A stretch of DNA of 64,000 bases from an uncultured Planctomycetota bacterium (GTDB lineage: Bacteria; Planctomycetota; Planctomycetia; Isosphaerales; Isosphaeraceae): the NCBI GenBank assembly GCA_963823665.1, contig CAWGMQ010000005.1:544001-608000 (forward strand), read 5' to 3'. Positions 10,610-20,903 of this stretch are shown piece after piece (the first letter of the stretch is position 1; each line of letters starts with the position of its first letter). A program made the translations under genes and the position numbers. The notes under the pieces are model-generated. The model ran no database searches, was not told where the DNA came from, and saw only the letters and a list, made by a program, of their open reading frames with translations.

Positions 10610-12087
10610 AGCCACACAGATCGGAGCGTCTCATGCATAGATCGAGCCGCCGCGCCTTCCTGGAAGACGCCTCCCTCGGCTTCGGCTCACTCGCTCTGGC
10701 GCACCTCCTCCAGCAGGAAATCGCCGTCGCGCGCAGCCTCGATCCTGACACCGCCCCGCGCATTGATCTCCGCGCTCGCCCCGGCCACTTCCCTGCCCGC
10801 GCCCGCTCGGTGATCCTGCTCATGCAAGTCGGCGGCCCCAGCCAGATCGACCTCTTCGACCCCAAGCCCGAGCTGCAAAAACGCGACGGCCAGATCCAGC
10901 CGGACAACTTCGAGACACTCCAGCCCGGTAGCGAAAACAAGAAGCTCATGGCCAGCCCCTTCGCGTTTCGCCCGCATGGCCAGTGCGGAATGGAGCTCTC
11001 GAGCCTCATCCCTCACATCGGCTCGGTGGCGGATGACCTCTGCCTCGTGCGTTCGATGCACAGCGACAACAACAATCATCCGCAGGCGTCGCGCTGCCTG
11101 CTTTCCGGCAAGATCTTCCCCGGCCGGCCTTCGGTTGGATCATGGATCAGCTACGCCCTGGGCACCGAGAACCAGAATCTGCCGGCATACGTCGTGCTCC
11201 GCGACCCGGATGGTTACACCAACGGTGGCACCACGCTGTGGGAAAGCGGCTGGCTCCCGGCAATCTACCAGGGAACCGAAATCCAATCGCGTGGCGCAGC
11301 CGTGCTCAACCTGCACCCCGCGGCATCTCTGTCGAAGGGTATCGAGCGCAACAATCTCGACGCCCTGGCACGCTTGAACGAGGAACACCGCAAGCTCTAT
11401 CCGCACGAGTCCGAGCTCGAGGCCCGCATCCGCAACTACGAGCTGGCCGCGCGAATGCAATTGAGCGCCGAAGCGGTGCTCGATATCCGCGCCGAGTCAG
11501 CCGCCACGCGCAAACTTTACGGACTGGACGATCCCACGACGGCCAACTTCGGCACGCGCTGCCTGATGGCCCGCCGGCTGGTCGAATCCGGCGTCCGCTT
11601 CGTCCAGGTCCTGGTCCCCGTCAAGTCCGGCGGCATGCCGTGGGACCATCACGAACACATCAAGCCCGGCCTCGAAGCCATCTGCCCGCAGGTTGATTAC
11701 CCAACAGCCGGCTTGATCCGCGACTTGAAGCAGCGCGGCCTGCTCGGAGAAACAATCGTGATCTGGACCGGCGAATTCGGCCGTCTGCCGATCTCCCAGA
11801 AAGGCAACGGCCGCGACCACAACCGCAACGCGTTCAGCCTGCTGATCGCCGGCGGCGGCTTCAAGTCCGGCCACGGCCACGGCCACACCGATGACCTGGG
11901 TTATCAAGCCGTAGACGGCCGCGTTAGCTGCCCCGACCTGCTCGCCACGATCTTGAACCAGCTTGGCCTCGACCACAACCGATTGAAATACGCCCATCAC
12001 GGTCGCGAAGAATCCCTCACCGATTCACCCGTCACGCACGCCCATGTGGTGAACGAGTTGCTCCAATCGCCTGCCGGCGCGGCGTGA
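10606..12087 (+). CDS. DUF1501 family protein (sulfatase-like)
   Basis: SRRAFL leader, GGPSQIDLFDPKP, ARRLVESGVRFVQ, WDHH, GEFGR, GRDHN. ATGA overlap with the upstream stop. Confidence 0.92.
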   Translation: MKPHRSERLMHRSSRRAFLEDASLGFGSLALAHLLQQEIAVARSLDPDTAPRIDLRARPGHFPARARSVILLMQVGGPSQIDLFDPKPELQKRDGQIQPDNFETLQPGSENKKLMASPFAFRPHGQCGMELSSLIPHIGSVADDLCLVRSMHSDNNNHPQASRCLLSGKIFPGRPSVGSWISYALGTENQNLPAYVVLRDPDGYTNGGTTLWESGWLPAIYQGTEIQSRGAAVLNLHPAASLSKGIERNNLDALARLNEEHRKLYPHESELEARIRNYELAARMQLSAEAVLDIRAESAATRKLYGLDDPTTANFGTRCLMARRLVESGVRFVQVLVPVKSGGMPWDHHEHIKPGLEAICPQVDYPTAGLIRDLKQRGLLGETIVIWTGEFGRLPISQKGNGRDHNRNAFSLLIAGGGFKSGHGHGHTDDLGYQAVDGRVSCPDLLATILNQLGLDHNRLKYAHHGREESLTDSPVTHAHVVNELLQSPAGAA

Positions 12088-12177
12088 TCGCGACCACGGT
12101 TGTGAAGTCATGATTCAAACTTGGGCGCCGGCCGGTGCGATCACCAGTTCCGAGATCACGCCGTCCTGGGCCCGAAT

Positions 12178-12768
12178 TCATGCCGCGAAATCGTTCTCAG
12201 GAAACGGAAGTCCCACGATGGTGAAGCCTGACTTGGCTTTCTTGAGCACAGCCGGATCCAGATGCCGCGTCAGCTCCAAGAGGAAATCGGCGATGCCGCC
12301 AATCCACTTCCCCACGTGAATCTTCTGCCCATGAGTCGACCGTATCGTGAACCACTGCCACATCAAGCTGTACTTGACTTCCTCGACATCTTGCCACGCC
12401 ATGAAAAACCCGGGACGCCAGGGCGAGTGAAAGTCGAGCCCTTCCGGAGAGACCACGATCGAGAATCGCGTGAAATCCCACACCAAGGGGCCTGAAAGCA
12501 GGAAGAACAAGGCGATCATTCCACACAGGGCGTACTCGTCGTTCTGATCCTTGATCGGAATCTTGTAGACCAGAAAACACAGAAACAGCGCGAAAGCGAT
12601 CGCGAGCGAGATCACGGCAAACCGAGCGGCCGCGCTGTACCGAAAAATGAGGCTGCGGCCGTCCGGATCAACTTTCGGCCGCGCGCTCGCCGCTCCCCAT
12701 GCCAGTAAACCAAGGAAGCCCGCCGTGACCAGCGCCTGAGCCACCGTCCAAACCAAACGCGAAGACAT
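12178..12768 (-). CDS. Hypothetical membrane protein (3 hydrophobic segments plus PH-like C-terminal domain)
   Basis: Hydrophobic stretches. A paralogous fragment at ~20900-21170 supports coding status. Confidence 0.65.
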   Translation of the reverse strand: MSSRLVWTVAQALVTAGFLGLLAWGAASARPKVDPDGRSLIFRYSAAARFAVISLAIAFALFLCFLVYKIPIKDQNDEYALCGMIALFFLLSGPLVWDFTRFSIVVSPEGLDFHSPWRPGFFMAWQDVEEVKYSLMWQWFTIRSTHGQKIHVGKWIGGIADFLLELTRHLDPAVLKKAKSGFTIVGLPFPENDFAA

Positions 12769-12990
12769 GGAGCACCCCCTCGATTCCGGTCACCCTCACG
12801 AACCGAATGCACCAATGGCTTTTCTCACTTCTCCGCGCGGCATGTCGTGCGCGATCCTTCACCGACATTTTTTCGGGATCACGCGCCTCACACAAGACAG
12901 TCCTCCCATCGGGTACAATACGGGCCAGTCCGTGGTCCGACTGGTGGGCATCCACCACGCCAAGATCACTTGCAGCCCGAGGGCGGATCC

Positions 12991-14517
12991 ATGAGCCAGG
13001 AATTGCAGCGAGAGCCCTCGACTGGACCGGGCCACTTTCTCAACGAGCTGCGCGAGACGTTCGCCCGCCGCGCGAATCACGATGCAGTCCTTTATAAAGA
13101 CCTGACCCTGACGTACGAAGCGCTCGACCTTCGGGCGCGGTGCTGCGCCGGTCTCCTGCGGCGCCTGGGCCTCGAGCCCGGCGACCGGGTGGCAATCGCA
13201 ACGGCCGAGAAGTTGTCGTTCCTGGTAGCACACCTGGGAACGCTCTTTGCCGGCGGCGTCGCCTTGCCGCTAAATCCGCGTTACACGGCCGGCGAGCTCC
13301 GGTTCTTTCTGGAAGACAGCGCCGCCCGCGTCGTCGTGGCCGGCGACGAGCAGATCCCGGTGATCGAATCGTTTCGGTCCGACCTGCCTGAGCTGCACGC
13401 TGTGCTGCACGACGCCGAAGCCTGGAATGCGCCACCTGCCAACGAGACCCTGCCCGAGCGGAATCACGACGACCCCTGCCTGATGCTCTACAGCTCCGGC
13501 ACGACCGGCCGGCCCAAGGGCGTCGTGCACTCCCACGCAAACCTCGCCTCGAGCCTCCGCGCCCTGCAACACGCCTGGAGATTCACCCCCGACGATGTGG
13601 TGGTCAACGTGCTCCCCCTGTTCCACATCCACGGCCTATCGTTCGCAACGCACCTGAGCCTCTTGACGGGTTGTCAGATGATTATGGAAGAATCCTTTCA
13701 TCCACGAAGGACCTTGGAGGTTGTGGGCAGGGGAACGGTCTTCATGGCGATCCCCACCTTCTATTACTCTTTCCTCGAGCAGTCCGAGTTCCGTGAATTC
13801 GCGCGGCAGTGGCGCGGCGTGCGGCTCTTCACCTGCGGCTCGGCGCCCATTCGTCCCGAGGTGCTCCCGGAGCTCGAGGCGATTCTGGGAAGGCCGGTCA
13901 TCAATCGTTACGGCATGACCGAGGGCCACGTCATCACGAGCTTGCCGCTGGACGGCCCGTGGCCGCAGGGCTCCGTCGGTAAACCCCTCGATGGAATCGA
14001 GGTCCGGGTTGTCAAGGATGACGGTAGCTCCGTGGGCGCAGGCGAGGTCGGCTCGGTGCAGCTCCGCGGCCCCAACCTGTTCCGCGACTACTGGCGCAGG
14101 CCCGAAGCCACCCGTGACGCTTTTGCATCGGGATGGTTCGACACGGGAGACCTGGGCAGCCGTGACGAAAACGGGTTCTTGACGCTCGTCGGCCGCAAGA
14201 ACGACCTGATCATCTCCAACGGGTTCAACGTTTATCCCCAGGTCGTCGAGCGGGTGATCAACGAATGCCCCGGCGTACGCGAGTCAACCGTCGTCGGTGT
14301 GCCCGATCGCAGGCGCGGTGAACGTGTAGTGGCGATCGTGGTGCGCAACGACGATGCGCTCACCGAGCGAGCAATTCGCAGCTACCTGCGCGAACACCTG
14401 GTGGATTACCAGCGGCCTGCCGACGTGGTGTTCGCGGCGAGCCTGCCCCGCAATGCGATGGGGAAAATGCTCCGTCGCGAGCTGCGAGACCAGTACACGA
14501 GCGAGCACCCGCAATAG
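12991..14517 (+). CDS. AMP-binding acyl-CoA synthetase, malonyl-CoA synthetase (MatB)-like
   Basis: YSSGTTGRPKG, LPLFHIHGL, RYGMTE, GWFDTGDLG, PRNAMGK. Adjacent to a MatC-like carrier. Confidence 0.85.
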   Translation: MSQELQREPSTGPGHFLNELRETFARRANHDAVLYKDLTLTYEALDLRARCCAGLLRRLGLEPGDRVAIATAEKLSFLVAHLGTLFAGGVALPLNPRYTAGELRFFLEDSAARVVVAGDEQIPVIESFRSDLPELHAVLHDAEAWNAPPANETLPERNHDDPCLMLYSSGTTGRPKGVVHSHANLASSLRALQHAWRFTPDDVVVNVLPLFHIHGLSFATHLSLLTGCQMIMEESFHPRRTLEVVGRGTVFMAIPTFYYSFLEQSEFREFARQWRGVRLFTCGSAPIRPEVLPELEAILGRPVINRYGMTEGHVITSLPLDGPWPQGSVGKPLDGIEVRVVKDDGSSVGAGEVGSVQLRGPNLFRDYWRRPEATRDAFASGWFDTGDLGSRDENGFLTLVGRKNDLIISNGFNVYPQVVERVINECPGVRESTVVGVPDRRRGERVVAIVVRNDDALTERAIRSYLREHLVDYQRPADVVFAASLPRNAMGKMLRRELRDQYTSEHPQ

Positions 14518-14564
14518 TCCTCGGCCCGCTCGTCTTTAATCGCCGGAAGAGTACCACTACACCG

Positions 14565-15836
14565 ATGATCGACCTCGCCTGGATTTCCGTGGCGGCTCTG
14601 ATACTCGTGATCGTGCTGAGCTGCACGACTTCGGTCAATCCCGGGTTCGTCGCGCTGGCGCTGGCCTGGTGCATCGGAATCTATGTGGCGCCCGTCTGGG
14701 GCCAGCGCTTCACGGCGAGCGAGATCCTCGGCGGTTTTCCCACGGATCTGTTTCTGACCCTGGTGGGAGTGACGCACCTCTTCACCCTTGCGCGCGGCAA
14801 CGGCACGCTGGACCACGTGGTTCGCCTGGCGCTAAGAGCAACCAGGGGAAATCCCGGCTTGATTCCCATTGTCTTCTTCGGCTTGTCCCTGGGCGTCGCG
14901 ACGATCGGCGCGGGAAACATCGCGGCCGCCGCCCTGGTCGCGCCCCTGGCGATGGCCGTCGCGGAAACGGCCGGCATCTCCCCGTTCCTCATGACGCTCG
15001 TGGTCGCGCACGGCTGCGTGGCCGGTGCCCTCTCACCGATCGCACCGACCGGGATCATCGCCAGTCGGTTGATGGCCCGAATGGGCATGTCCGGCTTCGA
15101 GCGTCAGATCTTCCTGTCGAATCTGCTGGCCAATGCGCTCGCCGCGGGAGTCGCTTATCTCGCCTTCGGCGGCCCGCGGCTGTTCCGCGCCGGTCGACGC
15201 CAGCCGGCCGACTCCGCTGCGCTCTCGGCAAGTCCCAAGATGACAGCCGCGCACTGGTTCACCCTGGCGACGATCCTGGTCCTGGTCATCGCGGTCGTCG
15301 GTTTCCAGGCTCACGTGGGGATGGGAGCATTTGCCGCAGCGGTGGTGCTCACTCTGGCAAAGGTCGCCGACGAAAAACCGGCGGTGCAGGCCATGCCCTG
15401 GAGCGTGATTGTGATGGTCTCGGGCGTCACCGTGCTGACGTCGCTCCTGCAAAACACGGGTGGCATTGACCTTTTCACGTCGCTCTTGGCGCGCCTGGCC
15501 ACCCACCGCACAGTCTACGGAATGATCGCGCTTGTCACCGGGCTCGTTTCGGTCTACAGCAGCACGTCGGGCGTGGTGTTGCCGGCGTTTCTGCCCAGCG
15601 TTCCCGGGCTGGTCGCCAGGCTGGGCGGCGGCGACCCGCTGGCGATCGCGGTATCGATCTTGATCGGCGGCCACCTGGTCGACGTCTCGCCGCTTTCCAC
15701 GATCGGAGCTCTCTGCATCGCCGCGGCGCCGCCGGGTGCCGACCGCCGGCTCCTCTTCAACCGCGTGCTCGCCTGGGGCCTCGCGATGTCGGTGGCGGGG
15801 GCTCTGGGGTGCCATCTGGCCTTCGGAACGTGGTAA
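14565..15836 (+). CDS. Dicarboxylate carrier, MatC/SLC13-like permease
   Basis: Highly hydrophobic; GFPTDLFLTLVGVT, ARGNGTLD, LSPIAPTG, SSTSG, DVSPLSTIGA. Confidence 0.8.
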   Translation: MIDLAWISVAALILVIVLSCTTSVNPGFVALALAWCIGIYVAPVWGQRFTASEILGGFPTDLFLTLVGVTHLFTLARGNGTLDHVVRLALRATRGNPGLIPIVFFGLSLGVATIGAGNIAAAALVAPLAMAVAETAGISPFLMTLVVAHGCVAGALSPIAPTGIIASRLMARMGMSGFERQIFLSNLLANALAAGVAYLAFGGPRLFRAGRRQPADSAALSASPKMTAAHWFTLATILVLVIAVVGFQAHVGMGAFAAAVVLTLAKVADEKPAVQAMPWSVIVMVSGVTVLTSLLQNTGGIDLFTSLLARLATHRTVYGMIALVTGLVSVYSSTSGVVLPAFLPSVPGLVARLGGGDPLAIAVSILIGGHLVDVSPLSTIGALCIAAAPPGADRRLLFNRVLAWGLAMSVAGALGCHLAFGTW

Positions 15837-15885
15837 AGTGGTGGAGCCCCTGATCCCTCCAAGAGCCCGCCCGTACGGTACGAAG

Positions 15886-17124
15886 ATGAATCCTCTTGCC
15901 ACTGCCGCCCGCGTCTCTCGTTTGCGGCCAACGGCCGTCAACCGGGTCTTGCAGGAGGTGCGCGAGCTACAGGCCAACGGGCGCTCGCTCGTCTCGCTCA
16001 TGCGCGGGCAGCCGGACACTCCGACTGCGCCCCACATCGTGGAAGCGGCCACCCGTTCGCTCCGCTCCGGACGCACCGGCTATCCCAACAACCAGGGCGA
16101 GCCCGCGCTGCGGGAAGCGGTCGCTCAAGCTCTCCGCCGCGAACAAGGCCTCGAATACAACCCCGAGACCGAGATCCTCATCACCGACGGAGCGACGCTT
16201 GGCGTCCATGCGGCCTTGGGCGCGCTCCTGGAGGCGGAAGGAACGGTGCTGCTGCCCGATCCGATCTACGATGCCTACGAAGCCGTGATCCGCCTCTGGG
16301 GCGGTCGTCCTGAGCCCATCCCTACTCGGCTCCGCGACGGCCGGTTCACGATCGACCGAGGCAGCCTCGAAGATGCCCGAGGCGCAGGCAAACCCGTCGT
16401 CCTGCTCAACACGCCGTGGAACCCTGTGGGCACGGTCCTGACACACAGCGAGCTCACGGAGCTCATGAGCTTCGCCGCGGAAGCCGATGCTCCGGTGTTG
16501 AGCGACGAGATTTACCACGCGCTCGTCTATGACGAGCACCGGCACATTTCGCCAGCGGCGGTTTCACCGGATGGGCGAGAGCGCACCATCGTGATCAACA
16601 GCCTCTCGAAGACCTACGCAATGACCGGCTGGCGCGTCGGCTATTGTGCCGCACCGCAGACAATCATCGGCGCGATGCTCCTGGTCCTGCAGCAGTCGAG
16701 CCGGGGACCGGCCACATTCGTGCAGGACGCAGCCGCCTGCGCCTTGGCGTCCGATCAGGCCTGCGTGCGCCGGATGACCACCGAGTATCAGGCGCGGCGA
16801 GACCTGGTGCTCGAGCGCCTGCGCGGCATTCCCGGGGTTCTTCCGCTCATCCCGGAGGGAGGTTTGTTCGTGATGGTCGACGTCCGCGGGTTGAACCGCT
16901 CGTCGGATGAGATCCGCCGCTTCTTGCTTCTCGAGTCGGGCGTCGTCGTTCTGCACGGCGCTGCCTACGGACCGGGCGGTGAGGGGACATTGCGCGTATC
17001 GTTTGCTGCCGGCGGCGAGGTCCTGGAGCTTGGGCTCGAGCGGCTGCGCTCGGGCCTCGAACGCCTGGCTGCAGACCGACCAGGTCGAAGTGTAGTCGCC
17101 GGCGAATCTGCGGAATCAAGATGA
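15886..17124 (+). CDS. PLP-dependent aminotransferase class I/II
   Basis: GQPD, NTPWNPVG, LSDEIY, SLSKTYAMTGWRVGY (PLP lysine). Confidence 0.92.
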   Translation: MNPLATAARVSRLRPTAVNRVLQEVRELQANGRSLVSLMRGQPDTPTAPHIVEAATRSLRSGRTGYPNNQGEPALREAVAQALRREQGLEYNPETEILITDGATLGVHAALGALLEAEGTVLLPDPIYDAYEAVIRLWGGRPEPIPTRLRDGRFTIDRGSLEDARGAGKPVVLLNTPWNPVGTVLTHSELTELMSFAAEADAPVLSDEIYHALVYDEHRHISPAAVSPDGRERTIVINSLSKTYAMTGWRVGYCAAPQTIIGAMLLVLQQSSRGPATFVQDAAACALASDQACVRRMTTEYQARRDLVLERLRGIPGVLPLIPEGGLFVMVDVRGLNRSSDEIRRFLLLESGVVVLHGAAYGPGGEGTLRVSFAAGGEVLELGLERLRSGLERLAADRPGRSVVAGESAESR

Positions 17125-20117
17125 CGCTCACACAGCTTCCCGTACTTGATGCCCCGCCACCTTCCATCGACTTGCAGGCGCTCGAGCAGGCACTCAGGAG
17201 CGTCCTCGGCGCCGAGAGCGTCCGCGCCGATCGAGTCACCCGCGCGCTGTACGCGACCGACGCCAGCGTTTACCAGATCGTGCCGCTCCTGGTCGCCTTC
17301 CCTGCGACGGCGACCGATGTGCAGGCGATCGTGCGCGTCTGCCGCGAGTTCCGAGTGCCGATCACCGCCAGGGGAGGTGGAACCTCACAGGCCGGGCAGG
17401 CAATCGGGCCTGGCGTGATCGTGGACTGCTCCCGGCACTTCGACCAGGTACTTGAGATCAACCCGCCCAAGCGCTGGGCGCGCGTCCAGCCGGGATGCGT
17501 GCTCGACGATCTGAACCAGGCGCTCAAACCGCACGGCCTACTTTTTGCGCCCGACATCTCGACCTCGAACCGCGCCACGATCGGAGGCATGATCGCCAAC
17601 AACTCCTCAGGCGCGCGCTCGGTCCTCTACGGCAAGACCATCGACCACGTCCTCGAGCTGACCACCGTGCTCTCGGACGGAAGCATCATCCACCTGGAGC
17701 CGCTACACGCAGCCGAGTTAGAGGCCCGCTGCGCCCAGAGCGACCTGGAAGGGGCCAGCTATCGCGCGATCCGGCGGCTCGCCGCCGACCACGCCGGTGA
17801 AATCGAGCGCCGCTTTCCCCGGATCATGAGACGCGTCGGTGGCTACAATCTCGACGCTTTCGTTCCCGGTGCCACCCCAGGCGCGCCCACCTCGGATTTC
17901 AACCTCGCCCGCCTCTTCGTCGGCTCGGAAGGAACACTCGGCATCACCGTCGAGGCCAAGTTGAATCTGGTCGAGCTGCCGCGTGCGAAGGCGACGTTCG
18001 TCATCCAGTTTGCCGATTTGCTCGAAGCGCTTGCGGCCACGCCGTTGATCCTCGAGCACCATCCTGCCGCCGTCGAGCTCGTGGACAAGTGTGTCCTCGA
18101 TAGCACTCGCTTGAACGCCGAGGCCACAAGGCTCCGCGACTTTCTCGAAGGAGATCCCGCGGCGATCCTGCTCGTCGAGTTCTATGCCGATCGACCTGAG
18201 CTTCTGCCTCCCCGCCTTGCTGCCCTCCAGGACGACCTGAAGCGCAGTGGCCTGGGCGCGTACCATGTGGCCATCACCGACCCCGCCGCCCAGGCGCGCG
18301 TTTGGAAGCTGCGCACGATGGCGCTCGGGCTCTCCATGGCCGAGAAAGGCGACGCCAAGGCGATCTCGTTTGTCGAGGACACGGCTGTCGCCCCCGAAAA
18401 CCTGCGCGACTATATCGCCGAGTTTCTCGCCCTGATCGCGCGGCATCAGACCACGGCCGGCGTGTACGCTCACGCCTCGGTGGGTTGCCTGCACGTCCGG
18501 CCGGTCATCAACCTCAAAACGCCGGAGGGATTGCAACAGTTCGCGTCGATCGCCGAAGAAGTATCCGATCTGGTACTCAAGTACGGCGGAGCAATTTCCG
18601 GTGAGCATGGTGACGGTCTGGTCCGCAGCCCCTTTCAGGAAAAGATGTACGGACCGGAGCTCTACCAGGCGTTCCGCGAACTGAAGCAGACATTCGACCC
18701 ATCGGGCCTGTTCAACCCCGGCAAAATCGTCGACGCCCCGCCGCTGACGGCCAACTTGCGATACGGTCCGGGTTACGTGACGCCCACGCTGGCAACCACG
18801 TTTGACTTCTCCGCCGACGGCGGCGTGCTTCAGGCCGCTGAGCTCTGCGCGGGCGTGGGTGCCTGCCGGAAAAAGCGCGACGGCACGATGTGCCCCTCGT
18901 TTCAGGCCACGCGCGAAGAAAAGGACAGCACGCGCGGCCGTGCAAACCTGCTCCGGCTCGCGATGACAGGACAGCTCGGCTTCGAGGGCTTCACCGATCC
19001 TCACCTGCATGAGGTGCTCGACCTTTGCCTCGAATGCAAAGCGTGCAAGACCGAATGCCCGACCAATGTCGACATGGCCAGGCTCAAGGCCGAGTTTCTC
19101 GATCAATTCCACCGCAAGCACGGCACGCCGGTGCGCAGCCGCCTTTTTGGCCGGGTGGCCGAACTGGCACGGATCGGCTGCAAGCGGGCCCCGGTGTCGA
19201 ACTGGTTGGCCCGCCGCGCCTCGCTCCGCTGGCTGAATGAAAAACTCCTGGGAATCGACCGCAGGCGCCGGCTTCCTCCGTTTGCCCGCCAGACTTTCGT
19301 GCAACAGTTCGCCGCCGGAATGGCGCCCGACAATCCAGATCCGGAAGTCCTGCTCTTCCCCGACACATTCACGAATTACTTCCAACCCGAAATCGGCAGC
19401 GCGGCGGTCCGCTCGCTCCGCCGCGCCGGCTATACGGTCACCCTGGGTCCTGCCCCGCTGCGCTGCTGTGGCCGGCCGCTGATCTCCAACGGCATGCTCG
19501 ACCAGGCCGTGGCAAACGCGCGGCATAACGTCGAGCACCTCTTCGCGTGGGCTCAGCAGGGCCTGCCGATCACCGCCTGCGAGCCGAGTTGCATCTTGAC
19601 GATCCGTGATGATTATCCAGCCCTGCTCAAGGGTGACCTCCGTGCGCGCGCTGAAACCGTCGCGCGAGCATGTCAAACGTTCGAGGAGCTAATGGATCAG
19701 GCCCTGTCGCGTGAAACCGGGCGCCGGCTTGATTGGCAGCCATGCCCCACGCCGATCCTCGTGCAGTCGCACTGCCATCAGCGCTCACTCGTGGGTATGG
19801 GGCCGATGCTCCGGCTGCTGCGCCGGATTCCCGAGGCCGAGGTCATCGACCTCGACGCCGGCTGCTGCGGCATGGCGGGCTCGTTCGGCTACGAGCGCGA
19901 GCATTACGAGATCTCGCGCCAGGTGGGCGAGCAGCGGCTGCTACCGGCCGTGCGCCAGGCTGGCCCAGGCGCCATCATCGTCGCGCCCGGTTTCTCATGC
20001 CGGCTCCAGATCGAGCATTTCGCCGGCCGCCAGGCACTTCATCCCGCGGAGTTACTCGACCGCTGCCTGGACCTGGGAGAAACTCGCTGGGCCAAACGGG
20101 AAGGAACTGGTCTTTAG
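17121..20117 (+). CDS. FAD-linked oxidase with Fe-S and CCG domains (YdiJ/GlcDF-like 2-hydroxyacid dehydrogenase)
   Basis: YATDASVY, RGGGTS, GSEGTLG, SGEHGDG, CAGVGAC, CLECKACKTECP, CCG twice. ATGA-coupled. Confidence 0.9.
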   Translation: MTLTQLPVLDAPPPSIDLQALEQALRSVLGAESVRADRVTRALYATDASVYQIVPLLVAFPATATDVQAIVRVCREFRVPITARGGGTSQAGQAIGPGVIVDCSRHFDQVLEINPPKRWARVQPGCVLDDLNQALKPHGLLFAPDISTSNRATIGGMIANNSSGARSVLYGKTIDHVLELTTVLSDGSIIHLEPLHAAELEARCAQSDLEGASYRAIRRLAADHAGEIERRFPRIMRRVGGYNLDAFVPGATPGAPTSDFNLARLFVGSEGTLGITVEAKLNLVELPRAKATFVIQFADLLEALAATPLILEHHPAAVELVDKCVLDSTRLNAEATRLRDFLEGDPAAILLVEFYADRPELLPPRLAALQDDLKRSGLGAYHVAITDPAAQARVWKLRTMALGLSMAEKGDAKAISFVEDTAVAPENLRDYIAEFLALIARHQTTAGVYAHASVGCLHVRPVINLKTPEGLQQFASIAEEVSDLVLKYGGAISGEHGDGLVRSPFQEKMYGPELYQAFRELKQTFDPSGLFNPGKIVDAPPLTANLRYGPGYVTPTLATTFDFSADGGVLQAAELCAGVGACRKKRDGTMCPSFQATREEKDSTRGRANLLRLAMTGQLGFEGFTDPHLHEVLDLCLECKACKTECPTNVDMARLKAEFLDQFHRKHGTPVRSRLFGRVAELARIGCKRAPVSNWLARRASLRWLNEKLLGIDRRRRLPPFARQTFVQQFAAGMAPDNPDPEVLLFPDTFTNYFQPEIGSAAVRSLRRAGYTVTLGPAPLRCCGRPLISNGMLDQAVANARHNVEHLFAWAQQGLPITACEPSCILTIRDDYPALLKGDLRARAETVARACQTFEELMDQALSRETGRRLDWQPCPTPILVQSHCHQRSLVGMGPMLRLLRRIPEAEVIDLDAGCCGMAGSFGYEREHYEISRQVGEQRLLPAVRQAGPGAIIVAPGFSCRLQIEHFAGRQALHPAELLDRCLDLGETRWAKREGTGL

Positions 20118-20233
20118 CGCGATCCTACTCAATCATGAGGGTGTGCGAAGCAAGCCTTCGTTGGCGGAGACTGAATAACATTGCACGATCACGCGACTCC
20201 CGTGCGTGGCACCAGGCTCGCCCGTAGTCCGGT

Positions 20234-20256
20234 GTAGCAGGCACACTCCGTGTGCC
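20234..20256 (+). repeat. GTAG-type REP-like palindrome
   Basis: GTAG-CA-GGCACAC-TCC-GTGTGCC, intergenic after the catabolic operon. Confidence 0.6.
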
Positions 20257-20360
20257 GTCCGCCGAGGTTGCCGGTCGGTGGCACTGGCCAGATTAGAGCT
20301 CCGCGCTCGAGCAAATCGCCGTCCCGGAATCGCAAAAGCCATCTTGAGGCGCAAACGACA

Positions 20361-20903
20361 ATGAGCGACGAAACCGGTCAGCCACTCCAAACTCACCTCG
20401 AGCGCCTGGCCGCGGCCTTGCCCGGCTTGAACGGCGCCGACGTGCACGCAGCGCCGAACCGACAATTATTCGAACAAATCATCGAATGCCTGGCGACTGA
20501 TTTCGAGCTGCTGCAGCAATTCGGTTTCTTCACTCTGGATCAGTCGTGCGCGAAAATCTGCGACGTTCTGGAGCAGAAGCAACTGGATCGCATCAAGACG
20601 TTCACTCATTGCGGGCAGGAGCACTCATTCCACGCCTTGCAGCTCTACGTGACCTGCCCTGTCTGTCGAAAGTTTAGGATGAAGACACGGCGTCTACTCG
20701 GGGAAGACGACATTCGGGAAGTGATTTCCACCGCCCTCCTCTGGCTTCAGATCGACCCCAGAACGATTCCCGGAGGAACCGCGCTTGCGACGACGAGCCA
20801 TTCAGCCACGTCAGGATGTGAAGAGTGGGCGTCACGCGGAGCACAGGAGATATGCGCATGCGCATCACATCGGCTGGGATCGCTGCCTGGTTCAGTCTTA
20901 TGA
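20361..20903 (+). CDS. Hypothetical protein with Cys/His motif (HCGQEH...CPVC)
   Basis: ORF with plausible ATG 20361; no family recognised. Confidence 0.45.
   Translation: MSDETGQPLQTHLERLAAALPGLNGADVHAAPNRQLFEQIIECLATDFELLQQFGFFTLDQSCAKICDVLEQKQLDRIKTFTHCGQEHSFHALQLYVTCPVCRKFRMKTRRLLGEDDIREVISTALLWLQIDPRTIPGGTALATTSHSATSGCEEWASRGAQEICACASHRLGSLPGSVL

Noticed and set aside
17718..19676. 652-aa minus-strand ORF (likewise 43580..45430 + and 55538..58009 +)
   Set aside because: Antisense shadows of motif-rich genes, expected in high-GC DNA.
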